A stretch of DNA of 64,000 bases. It comes from Octopus bimaculoides (taxonomy: Eukaryota). This document shows positions 38,901 to 52,600 of the stretch, piece after piece. The notes under the pieces are model-generated. The model saw only the letters and a list, made by a program, of their open reading frames with translations, made no database searches and was not told the DNA's origin. Within the stretch, counting starts at the first letter, position 1, and every line of letters starts with the position of its first letter. The position numbers and the translations under genes were made by a program. The stretch covers positions 15,380,023 through 15,444,022 of the forward strand of contig NC_068998.1 of NCBI RefSeq assembly GCF_001194135.2, read 5' to 3'.

Positions 38901-39459
38901 GAATTTGAGAAAGAAACCATCATCATCATCATCATCATCAACACCAAGGCTGGTATGGGTTGGACGATTTGACTGAGGTCTGGAAAGCCAGCAGCTGCAC
39001 CAGGTTCCAATCTGATCTGGCAATGTTTCTACAGCTAGATGCCCTTCCTAATGCCAACCACTCCGAGAGTGTAGTGGGTGCTTTTTACATGCCACTGGCA
39101 TAAGAACCAGTCAGGGAGCACTGGCATCAGCTATGTTCGGATGGTGCTTTTTAGGTGCCACCGGTACGGGAGCCAGTCAGATGGCCCTGGCATCGAACGA
39201 AATACCACAAGGCTCTTAATCTAATGTCTACCTGTTTTCAACATATACAACACCATAGTAATAACTGTTTCTAATTTAGGCACAAGGCCAGCAATTTTGA
39301 GGAGAGAGTATTTGACTGGTGCTTTACTTTTATTAACACTGGAAGGATGATTGGCAAAAATGACTGGAAAAATTTGAACTTCAAATGTAGAGAGTCAAAA
39401 CAACTACAAGACATTTCATCTGACATTCTTCAAATCCACCAACTTTATATTATTATTAT

Positions 39460-39491
<32 letters not shown>

Positions 39492-41995
39492 TTGAGTGAG
39501 AGAGTAATGCATGCCATCAAAGTGACACTAGGGTTCAAATATACAGAAGTAGGCAGAATTTCAATAAACTACAAAATGTCTGGTACACTGAAAATCTGTT
39601 CTATATTCGATAATTCCAATTAAACCAGCAATCAAATAAATTTATAATCTGTGATAGAACAAACAGGTTATATACAATAATGATTTATTGCATTATAGCA
39701 AAAATTTTTTATAAATATTACAAAAAGAGCATACCGGTAGTTGTGGTAAAATCCAATGAAGACCCAACTTCAGTAAGAGTTCTATGAAGAATATTAATCC
39801 AGGTCAACTAGCTCGTATAGGTTATTACTTTAACCACAGACTGCTATTCAGCCATATTTCAAAGTTGTGTCATCTTAGGTACTGACTTTGGTTTGATATT
39901 GCCTTAATGCTGGTGCCAATGACAAGAACTAATACTTGCAACACTTCATAGACATACATAAACAGATCTCATAAATTATCACACAACGGTATCTCTTGAT
40001 GTCTTGAATTAGTTAAACATTCAACAGGAAACTCACTTGAATGTTACAAGAGCAGATAAAGATGAAAATATTCAAGTCATGAATATTTCACAGCAAATTC
40101 AATGACATTAGAGCCAAATTTAGAAGCTTATTGGGTTGAATGAAACTCTAAAAATAAAATAAAAAAATGATATATTACTAAAAATTCTAACTTAGTTACA
40201 AAGTCACAAATATGTTGGTGGAGAAGTGTAGTTGATTAAATCCTCAGTAAATTGCTGGGTTGTATTCTATTAGTTCTAGAAGGCCGAAAGTTAAAGTCAT
40301 CTCTGGCAGGATTTGGACTTATAACTATAACATAAGTAAAATACAAAGCATTTTGTCAATTGCTCTATATATTGTAATACCCCCAACACACTGCTTCAAT
40401 AATAAAAAAAGAAAGTAAATTAGAAAACAAAAAAAAAGAAAAGAAACAATAAAATAGGATACAAAGAAAGGAAGAAAAATGTAAAAACTTACTTATCCTG
40501 TTCAACAGGAAATGATTTATGATCATCTTCTGACACTTTTTGTTTTTGAGAAAGCAAAGCCATGTTCTTCTCTTCTTTTTCTCGCAATTTTAATTCCTCA
40601 ACAGAACTGCTTCGATCACCTTTGCGAACACGTTGCTCAGAGATGAGTTCCTGCTGTTTTCTGTTAAACTTAGCCATTTCCTCTTTATCCATAGAACTTA
40701 AAACTTTTGAAAGGCCCAAATTGTGACTCCTGGTTGTACTGAATGACTGATTGTCTGTTTTTCTGCCCATTCTGTTATCTGTTACATTAATATTCAGACT
40801 GTCATAGCTATTATTTTTAATATCAGAATGGGTCATTTGGTTGGAGCTTGCAGCTGCATTTGATGCAACTTGAGTAGACTTTGGTTTGAGAGCTCTATTG
40901 ATTACAGGTGTAGCAGCATCCAACTTTGGAATGCTATTTTTTGATTCTTTAGAATTATTATTCGGGACATCATTGTTCAAATTAGCTGTTGTACTAACCG
41001 GTTTCAACAAATCCAATTCAGGATAATCAAAATCCACTAGAAATAAATATTTGAAAATAATTTTTATTACAAAAAAAAAAAAAGAAGAAAAAGAAGCTTG
41101 AGAAAGAAAAAAATCTCCCCTAGAAAATCAGCTCTAATGAAATAAGTCACTCAAAAAAACTGATGTTATATGACAAAAATAACTTGAAATATCAACACAA
41201 ATACATAGTGTGTGTGTGTGTGTGTGTGTGTGCGTGCGTGTGCATGCATGTGTGTAATTATTCTATTTGTCTGGCACACACATATACATTGATTAACTCT
41301 ACACACAAGCCAACAATAGAGTTCAACTTGCTAGAATTAGCAGCCAAATCTCACTGAAATCATACTCCACTGTCTTAAAGAAGCACACATTGGAGAGTGT
41401 AGTCCCAGGATTCCTGCACATAAGAAAAAAACAAGATTGTCAGGGCTAGAAAGCTTTCGACCATGGCTTTGCTCATCAGTACAGCCCTGGAGCTAAGCAA
41501 CAACAACAGTTACTAATTCTACACACATCATCATCATCATCATCATCGTTTAACATCCGCTTTCCATGCTAGCATGGGTTGGACGATTTGACTGAGGACT
41601 GGTGAAACCGGATGGCAACACCAGGCTCCAATCTAAATTTGGCAGAGTTTCTACAGCTGGATGCCCTTCCTAACGCCAACCACTCACATCTATATTTTTA
41701 TTATAAACAACAATTAGGTCTTTATTTAGTTTTTAAATAGCTTTCGTTTTGGCTAATTCTCCATTTGCTTTCATCTCATCAATTGCCATGCCTATTATTA
41801 TTAGTATATTGCCGGGCAAAATGCTTAGCAACAATCCGTCTGTCATTATGTTCTGAATTCAAATTCCGCCAAGGTTGACTTTGCCTTTCATCCTTTTGGG
41901 GTTGATAAAATTAGTACCAGTTGAGCACAGGGGTCAACGTAATAAACTAAACCCCACCCCCGCAAAACTTTAGGCCTTGCGCCTATAGTACAAAG

Positions 41996-42030
<35 letters not shown>

Positions 42031-43564
42031 GCAGCAGCAGCAGTAAACAATAACATATTTTTGTTTGTGTTAAATAGCTTTTTAATTCTCCGACAATTAT
42101 TATCTCCACCTTATCCAGTGACACATGTGTGAAACCGTTTCATCTTCCTTGTTACCTCCCACCCACCCAACTTCTGTGAAGGAGGTACATGTCTTGCTCC
42201 CCTGGTAACTCATAAGCAACTTTCTCTCCTATATATAAATAGGATGTATATGTGCACAGGAGTACATATATATATATATATANNNNNNNNNNNNNNNNNN
42301 NNNNNNNNNNNNNNNNNNNNNNNNNNNNNNNNNNNNNNNNNNNNNNNNNNNNNNNNNNNNNNNNNNNNNNNNNNNNNNNNNNNNNNNNNNNNNNNNNNNN
42401 NNNNNNNNNNNNNNNNNNNNNNNNNNNNNNNNNNNNNNNNNNNNNNNNNNNNNNNNNNNNNNNNNNNNNNNNNNNNNNNNNNNNNNNNNNNNNNNNNNNN
42501 NNNNNNNNNNNNNNNNNNNNNNNNNNNNNNNNNNNNNNNNNNNNNNNNNNNNNNNNNNNNNNNNNNNNNNNNNNNNNNNNNNNNNNNNNNNNNNNNNNNN
42601 NNNNNNNNNNNNNNNNNNNNNNNNNNNNNNNNNNNNNNNNNNNNNNNNNNNNNNNNNNNNNNNNNNNNNNNNNNNNNNNNNNNNNNNNNNNNNNNNNNNN
42701 NNNNNNNNNNNNNNNNNNNNNNNNNNNNNNNNNNNNNNNNNNNNNNNNNNNNNNNNNNNNNNNNNNNNNNNNNNNNNNNNNNNNNNNNNNNNNNNNNNNN
42801 NNNNNNNNNNNNNNNNNNNNNNNNNNNNNNNNNNNNNNNNNNNNNNNNNNNNNNNNNNNNNNNNNNNNNNNNNNNNNNNNNNNNNNNNNNNNNNNNNNNN
42901 NNNNNNNNNTTAGGATGCAAAAGGTATTGTGTTTATTGATTATCTTCAAAAGGACCACATGGAGAACATTATGCCAATTTGCTGATGCATTTATGAAAGT
43001 GTGTGGACCACAAGGGGGGACTATATTGAAAAACAAAACTCATTTGGTCACATTCCATGAGAATACCAGCCTTTGAACCTTTCAGCTGACCCTCATGTAT
43101 GTGTGTGTGTGTGTGTGTGTGTGCAAGTGCATGTGTGTGTGTGTGTGCGCGCGCGCGTGTGTGTATATCTTAAGCTGATTTTTGGAACATGAATTAAAGT
43201 GAAATTGTAATGAAAGGTTTTGATTTAGATAATCTTAAAACAAAAAGTTTTTTTTACCATAAAACCAAGAGCAGTCTCAAGCAGGCTGGTATCAAAAGGG
43301 TTAAGATTAACAAAACAACGTTGTGGAAGAATGCCCCTATGTTATAATCTTTACAGAAATGGTTGTCTATCACTCCAGTTATGTCAATTACAAATGAGCT
43401 CATAAACACATTCCTTAACAGCTAGGTCAATGTAATTTCTTAGCTTTGCACAACATTACAGTCATTTGGTATTGTTATGTCAATAATTAGCATGCTATTG
43501 TCATTTTAGTCATAGGTCAGCAACAGTAGCAGTGGTGTCATCATCATCATCATCATCACTATTA

Positions 43565-43602
<38 letters not shown>

Positions 43603-46600
43603 GTTGTTGTTATAAGGTGCTGAGCTGGCAGAATCGTTAGCACACCGGGCAAAATGCTTAGCATTATTTCATCTGCCACTACGTTCTGAGTTCAAATTCC
43701 ACTGAGGTTGACTTTGCTTGTCATCCTTATAGCTGTAGTATATGTGTATTATATGTGCAGGTGTATTAGAGGTGTATCATATGTGCAGGTGTAGCCGTGT
43801 GGTAAGAAGTTTGCTTCCCATCCACATGATTTCCGGTTCAGTCCCACTGCATGACACCTTGGGCAAGTGCTTTCACCATAACCCCCGATCAGCAAAAGCC
43901 TTGTGAGTAGATTTGGTAGACAGAAACTGAAAGCAACCATCATGCATGCAGGCATATGCATGTGTGTGTGTGTGTGTGCATACATAAATGTATGCATGTG
44001 TGAGTGGGAATATATGTATGTTTGTGTCTCTTTGTTTTGACATCATGTGATAGTTGTAAATGAGAGTCAGTCATACAAGCAGTGTCGTTCATTTCCAATA
44101 TTCTAAAAAAAGATATCTGGCCATGTGGAAATATTTACTTAACTTGCAAACAGGTGACGGTTTGTGACCAGAAGGGTATCTTACTATAGAAAATCTACTT
44201 CAACATACTGTCTCACCCATGCATGGAAAAGTGAGCATTAAAACAATGTTGATGATGGTGGTGGTGGTGGTGGTAACGATGATGATGATGATGATGGGAG
44301 TGGTGCTGAAACCCAAGCTTTGATAGAGACCTAATTGCACCCTAAATTCTTCATGCTGACTATATTGCACTGCTCCCACCAAACATTCATTTACCCTTAT
44401 AAACCACCAGACTATAGATTGTTATATTCCCTCAAAGGCCTTCTCCAGAACAACAGGTGCTAGGTAGAGAGGTTTGTTCTTAGCTAGGAACTTACAGCTG
44501 GTATACTATGAAGAGGGCATCAGTGGTCTAATGCATATGATCTAAACTGCATCTCATTTAAGCAGATTTTTTTTTTTGTAATCCATTGTGGTTCACACTT
44601 TCATAATTTTGTCCATCAGTTCGATACCTCTGTACTTGCTTCTTTCCAGAGCCTCTTGTTTACTCTTGAAGCAGATGACAATAATATGTAATTGTTTAGT
44701 TGACTATACAGGTGACTGACTTAAGGTCTATTTTGTCAGATATTTTCCAACATCTCAGCTACTATACCAAACCAATGGACCAGCTGCTTTCTCCAACTTC
44801 ATATCCTTAATGGCCATTTTGACTCTATAACTGTCCTACCTCACCAGCTGGTCCCTTTATTTGGGCACATACTGGGTAGCTCCTTTTATTCCAATACATT
44901 TTCCCCATTTAACAGTCTTTTGTGATAACCTCTGGAAGCTTGCCTCTTCTCAGCATTAGTGAAAGTAGTACACAACTATATGTCAAACACACTTTCCCCC
45001 AACAATATCTTGGTTCACTCTGATACTCTGCCTTACTGTCTAGAACATCTCTAACTCCTTACCCTCATTGCACTAAATACTGGCCAACCTCCTTCTTTCA
45101 GATCTCACTGTGCCATGTTAACTTGTCATCTTAGCAGCTCTTCTATTGACATGATAATGCTCTTTGCTTCCTAATTCCTTCCATTCTTTCTGGACCTGTT
45201 TTTTTAGCTTTTATGCCTCTAACCACAACAGTATCCCACCACCATGTTCGATTTGAAGTAAGTTGGAACCTTGCTCCTGCTACAGAATACGGTGAGTAGC
45301 TTTTAGTAGGTTATCTTCTAGAAACTACCAAATTGTTCCCTATGTTACTGGTCTTTATCAGCTTCTTTATTTCCCCATCTTCTAGTCTCTCTTTCTTACT
45401 CGATTGCACTTTCTCAAACACTTACCAATACACTCTATAAAGTGATTGGTGATAGAAAGACCATCCAACCATAGAATCCAAGACAAAAGTGGAATGTCTG
45501 GGAGGGTAATAACTCTGAATAAGAACTGACTTAGATTGTGCTGACTCACTCATTATTAATGCAGAATGTGGATGTAAAACAATGATGAGGATGATGATGA
45601 TGATGATGATGATGTAGGCTCAACTAATGTTCTACCTTATGCTGGGCCATTGGTTTTCAAACTAGCACTCTGTCAGTTGTGACGATGATTGTTCCAGTTG
45701 ATCCAATCAATGGAACAGCCTGCTCATGAAATTAATGTGTAGGTGGCTGAGCACTCCACAGGCATGTGTACCCTTAACAGAGTTCTCAAAGGGATTTAGT
45801 AGGACACAGAATGTGACAAGGCTGATCCTTTGAACTATAAGCTGAAACCTATTTTTACCAGCTGAATGAACTAGAGCAACGAAAAATAAAGTTTTGCACC
45901 CAAGGACACAACGTACCACCAGGAATTGAACTCACAACATTACAATCATGAACTGAATATCCTTAGCCACTAAGCCATGCACCTTTTCAACCTACTGTAT
46001 TACATTATTACCATTAAAGTAAAATAGAAGTGGAATTTGAAATGGTGTGAAATATTTGAAAATATGCACCCCCCACTAACAACAAGTGCACTGTGCTTCT
46101 GGCAAAGACACTCACTTCCTGAAAGTTGTAGAGAGGTTATAAAAGTGGTTGCAACAGCTCACTGCAAAGAAGAGTAGAATAGCCATTATACAACTGATGA
46201 GTTTTACATGTGGCTTGCAGTGCTGGGCTCAAATTCTCTTGGGGGAATCTTGAAAAATCAATAGGAAACCACTTCATTGTATGTTATATTGAATCCCAAT
46301 ATGTAATCAATGCTTAGTGGTGTCTATGATAGAAGAGTAACTATGCACCATTCAACAATGATAAAAGTAAGGAAAGGAAAATAAAAGGCAATTTGCCAAG
46401 AACAAATAAACTTTAAGGACAGTTAATGAAGGAGGCTCTGAATAGTTACTTAATTTGCTAGAAATAACACCCAAATCCCCCTCATTTTAAAGAAGGAAGA
46501 ACAGATGGGATAGTGTGGTCCTAGATACAGCTCAAAAGGATATCAAGCTAACTGCTGCCACTGCCACCACCATGGCCACCATCACCACCATGTACAGGTA

Positions 46601-49600
46601 AACCAAGTGCACATCAAATGTAATTATTATTCTCAACTCAGTTGTATATAGCAGAAATATAAAAGAGATTATCCAGTAAGATTTTAAAGTGTTACTTACA
46701 AGATGGACTTGAACAGCCTACATCAACAGAAGGTTTTTCAAAAGCTATCGGATTTGTAGACATCTGAGGGTAGTGCAACATCCATTGTTCATAGCCCCCT
46801 TCAAGGATAAGTGGCTGGTTGGCAAGTATCGTTGAGCTGTCGTACTGAATTTAAAGAAAAAAAATGAAATTATCAAAAAAGACATGTAGTGAAAAAAATT
46901 TTAATCAACACCAACAATGTGAAGATTTCAGGTTTTACATATTTTTTTTAATGGTTTTTCATGAGAACATTTCCATCATAACAGTCTAGTCTTCTCCCAA
47001 CCACATATTCTAATTAAATGTGCACCACTAATAGTATGTCTAGAGAGATAATGGTGGTATTAAGGAGTTTATGTTACAACCACGTAGCTTGTAGTTTGGA
47101 TATACTTTGTTACAGGGATGTAAACATACCAGCCCTGGTTGTCAATAAACACACACACATACACACATATATACAGGAGTTGGACAAAACAATGAAAACA
47201 CCTAGCATTATAGCATCATAATTTTTAAATATCTATAAAACCGTCAAAAGCTTGTTCATTTTTATGTTTTTAGATTTATTATTAGTGTTGCTTAATATGT
47301 TTGGCTAAAATTGCTGTTTCTTTTCAGATATCATCAGAAAAAGGTAATTAAAATTCATTAAAATGACAGATCTATCAGACTTTCAGAAAGGTCAAATTGT
47401 TGGTGCTTGTATGGCAGGTGCTAGTGTAATGAAAACAGCCGAAATGTTTGGTGTATCAAGAAGTACTGTTTCGAAAGTAATGACAGCCTTTGAGAAAGGG
47501 AAAAACTTCTTCATTGAAACAAAACTCAGGAAGAAAACCAAAACTTTCAGATAGGGACCATCAGACTCTTATGCAAATTGTTAGATAAGCAAAGAAAAAC
47601 AAAATGCATGCAATACTGTTACATGGCACATAATAACATCAACATTTACTCAAAGCTAAATCTGAATTAGTTACAACAGAGTTTCTTTCTTGATCTTGTT
47701 CCTGAACATCACAGCTAAACAGGAATTCTTTAAAAGAAAGAAAATGGAATGGGGATAATGTAAGGTGATAAGCGCAAATTTGATACCTACTTTAAAAAGA
47801 GCATCTTGAAGAGTTTTCAATGGTGTGCCTGGTAATACACAGTCTTTTGTAGAGCTAGAATCCATCAGAATAATATAGTCCACAGATCCCCGATGGCTCC
47901 ACAATGATCTAGAGTCTTTTGGTAAGTTTTCTTGTATGTATGGAACTGTGGTGCTAAAAAATGTCAAATAGAAACATAGTTAAGATCAGTAGAGAATCAA
48001 AGTTGAAGTATAAAATTCGTAGTTATAAAGTATAAGGCCAAACTTGAAAATAATTTTCTTTACTGAGTGGGAAAAGAATATGAATAAAATTGTATAGCAA
48101 TGTTTATTGCAAGGGAGAGTAATTTTAAAGCCTAATAGGGATCTCATGAATGACAATAAAGCAATATATGATTGTTAGAAAAACATTTTTACAATAGGAT
48201 TCTCTTACTTGAGTAACTATCTTAGTGTGAAAAATATGAAGTACAAAGGAACGGCCAAAAATTTCACCCAACTATAAACTACATGCAGAGTAACATCCAG
48301 ACACACAACTACACAACTCCAGAACAGTACTTCAACATCCTAAGAAGACTTTATCTTCCTTTGAGGACAGACAATCATAAAACACACATACACACACAAA
48401 AATAGCAACAGCATCAATAGCATTGTTAGCTATAAACATTGTTTTGGGATGTAAAGCAACAAATAATAAATGCAGAAGAGCAACAGCTATCACATTCAGG
48501 CCAAGTTCATCTTGCCAACCTCAGTTGTGGTGACCTCCTGAATTTAAAAGGAGGAGGAAACAAGTTGAATAGCGAAGTGTACAACATGCTCAGGTTTCAA
48601 TACGGCACCAGATTTTTAAATATATTGAGATATTTCTGTAACAAGTTTTACTTTTTGTCCTTTCCATAATGACTTTATTAATTACTAGTATCTTAGCTTT
48701 ATAATTATTTCAAAATCTGTAGCCAAGGGAGGCCATAGATGCTTAACAAGGGATATAACCTCCTCTCTCCTTTGTTGGCTATCAACCAGCCTCACATTTT
48801 CAACCATCTTCTTCCAACTCGATTCCCTGATATTAATCAACCACTTCCTGTATGGTCTCTCTCTCATAACCATAGGCGTAGTGCATCATTTCCTTTTCTG
48901 CCTTTTAACATCGACAGAAGAGTTTCATGGTTTGCAGGCTTCCCAACAGCTTATACTACTTGTAACATGTAAAATATAAACATACATTCTTTGGACATGT
49001 GGATGGATAAGTATTTAGTGGTTGTTTAACACCAAGTCAGCTCAGGTTGAGCAGATATATTATGAAAGATGTCCCTTCTTTTCCTCAGGCACATTGTATC
49101 TAGGATAACATTAGTGACTGTTTCTGTCTTTATTTAAAACAGAAGGATGGGATTCTAAAAAGATTTGACTGCTCTTTTACGTTTGTGAAGTGATTCCATG
49201 GAGCAGGCATGGGCAACATTTTTTGAGAAGCAGGCCACATGATACATGCCTCATAATTTGGCAGAACCACACTACAAAAAATTCAAGATGATTTATCATT
49301 AAGTGTGGCATGCAGAATGTCATACAGGCTGCAGGTTGGCCATTATGACCGTAAAGGTTCCCTTCATTGGCTATTTATATATTTAGTTGATAAGGCCAAG
49401 TAAAACAGAATTTACCATTAACAGAAAATATATTTCTAAGGCTATAGAAGGTAGACTGGAAATATATCAGGTACAGCATACCTATGAATGACTGAACCCT
49501 AAATAATTAAAATATCTTGTATGAAATAAAGGGTAAAAGTAAGATATAAGACAAAATATTTAGGTATATCAAATAACTTATATGATTATATCAAACAAGT

Positions 49601-49632
49601 TATCCAATTTATACACAGAAACAATACAATAA

Positions 49633-49675
<43 letters not shown>

Positions 49676-52600
49676 AAATCCTTACCCTGAAGGTATAATT
49701 TCTGAAGGAACATTAATAGATTCATTATATTTTAGCCTAGATTTTTGATAATCTTCTGCAGAACGTACATCCATAATAATAATTTTGGTTGAATTATCCT
49801 GCAGTAAGGCATACAGCTCCATAACAAAAATCCGTTCATCAGAATAACGAGGAGTCACTTCTGAAATGAAAATTGAATGAAAATTTAATAGTACGTACCA
49901 GTTTGAACATAAAGGCGGTAGGATATTTGGGCCAGATATGGCTAGTTTAACTACTAAAGGATTAATAAGCCATCAGTAGCGACAGCACCACTCATATCCG
50001 AGTTTGGTTCATTTGATGCTACCATGATGCTTAGACCTGACATGGCTCACAAGGCCATGTCAGGAATGGAACAGTCTTGGGCATTGATTGCATGGCAGGG
50101 CAGGTGGTGGGTTTGGCTGGCGTTGCCAGGCTTTGTGTTTCTTTCTTTTGCTTCTTTAGTCTTTCTCCTATCCTCAAAAGTGGAACAGTCGAAATGAATT
50201 GTTCTTTGCCAGGCTGAATGCTTGGCTTCTGTTTCCTAGGTGTTAGAACCGATGCAGCAACAACAAAGTCCTCAATCGCTCAAAAATGCCAAGCATTGAA
50301 GCTGCCATCTTCAGGTGGTCAGGACGTCATCTGAATGACCCCTTCAAGACTCCTGCATCCTCTACAGCAAACAACATCAGGGAGCCCCAAAATGCAGATT
50401 AATATGCCATAGGTCTGCTCAAACAAGATTAACCTGAAGGAAATAACTTTGCCCTTTCTGTCCCTACAACCACAACTAGAACTGCCAAACATACCAAAAC
50501 AAGATGGATAGCAAATTTGATAGAACAGAATTCAAATTTCCACAGTTCAGTCAATGCAACCAAACATATGACATCCACCCAAGAAAGGAAAATAAAGATA
50601 AAAATTGGCTTTTCCAAGAGTTGAAGCAAGAAGCATGGTGCAATGAATTAATTAACAGAAAGTAATCAAATTCAGCATATTACATTACTGTTGTTTCACT
50701 GTTTAGTGCAGCAATTAAAATTGATCGCCATTTACCACTTTTATCTGGCAGGTTTTTCACTTCTTCAACATCATCATTACATTTTCCAGGATCTAATTTT
50801 TCTTTCAGTTGTTCATCTTCTCCTTCTTTCTTCAAAGTATCTAACTTCTCAGAATATGCCTGCGCCTTCAAGAAGTCATACCTGTAAGATACAAAAGTCA
50901 TAAGTTTAGTTATACTTAAACAGTGAAAAATCTACTTTTGAAAGATTTCATGTTACTGAATGTAAATTCTTTTTTAAACTTTATTCATTATTCAGCAATG
51001 TAGCATTTCTTCAATTCATTGCATCTCTTCAAGAGTACCCCCCCTCTCTCTCTCTCACTCATAATTCATCATCACATAAGCAGCCAAAGCCAAAGATCAT
51101 TTTACATACTGCTACTGACCAAACTTAGAATGATGAGAATTTCTTTCTGCTCTGCATTAAAGCACTTTATGGACCCTAACATGTCTTGTTGATAGTCTGC
51201 CTAACATCAGCCACCACTAAACGACCCTTTACTTTACAGAAACTCTGCCCCTTTCTCTCTCTCTCTCTGTCTTTATCCTTATTTTCTTCAACTCTTTCCA
51301 AACACTGTCCTAATATAATCTTCCTTTTACTTTATTTTATACTTTCTTCACTAGCCTGCTGGGGGGGGGGGGGGCACCCCAAGCGGCACTTTTAAAGGGG
51401 CAATATGTGTTTTTTGTGGGGTCTGGAGGTGGAAAACAGAAGGGTCATCCCGGGTGGCACATACTCTAGCTACGCTAATGACTTCCTTCTCACTTAAATA
51501 TTTTGATTACATCAACACCAACAACTGACTGGTATTTATTTTATTGAATCTGAAACGATGAAAGCCAAAGTCAACCTTAGTGGAGTTTACACTGAGTATA
51601 AATAGCTGCTGAGCATTTTGTCCAGTATCTTACATTATAGATATGTTCAACTTTGACCTGATTTCATCAAGCTTAAAGCAATTCAATTTGTCAAGATATG
51701 GGTCAACTCTGGTAAGGATATGATTGTTAGAATTTAATACTATACTCTACCAGTACATACCTCATCAAATTTAGTTGGATGTGATACCTAAACACTAAGA
51801 GGTATTGAAATACAGCAAGGCATCCTATTCAACAGTGTACTTTCTTGGCATTATTACAAAAAAAAAAAAACTAGATTACTAATAAATCTACACCAGCACG
51901 ATAAACAGAATTGCTAGCCTGTTCATACATAATCAGAGGTATCCAACATCAAATGATTATTCAATACTGACTTCAAACAAAGGACATTATTGACAAATGT
52001 GAAATGAAATGGCTCCAACAGGAAAATGAAATCAGTTTACTGAAACATGATTATATGGATCTCACAGAAAAGAAAACAAGATTATCGATCATATCATGCT
52101 GACACAGGCTTGGGCTGCAAAGTAAAGAGTTTGCTTCCCAACAACATGGTCTGGATTTAATTCCATTGTATAGTAACATTGGGCAAGTGTCACCGACACA
52201 GGTGCCTTTCACGTGTTACCAGCAAATGGTTTCTGATATAGGTATATGGCCAGGAATTTTTGAGGGGCGGAGGTTAGTCAGTTAGATCAACCCAGTACTT
52301 GACTGGTTCTTTATTTTGTTGACTCTGAAAGGTATTTTCTTTGATGCTTTAATCATTCTGCCAGCTCATCATCACCATAATAATAATAATGATTTCTTTT
52401 ATTGGCCAAAAGGGCCCAAGACATGGGGGACAGATTCAGAGGACAAGATACAACTGGCTCTCAAGGCTTCTGATCTTAACTGATTGGAAGTGTTATCATG
52501 TACATGCTTTGTCTTAATATAAAAAAGATGGGTTACAGCAAATATTCTGCACAATACTACAGATTTGCTTGTCAGTTGTTTGACCTTAACCATTTGAGCA

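Noticed and set aside
47328-47343. 16-nt + strand microexon-like cassette (ttttcag...AAG|gtaatt)
   Set aside because: It lies within the Tc1 5' region, antisense to USP8, with no host gene to join
50680-50735. Extension of USP8 exon 4 to the end of the ORF ([16 protein letters not shown])
   Set aside because: The downstream donors give phase 0 or 2, whereas exon 5 needs phase 1
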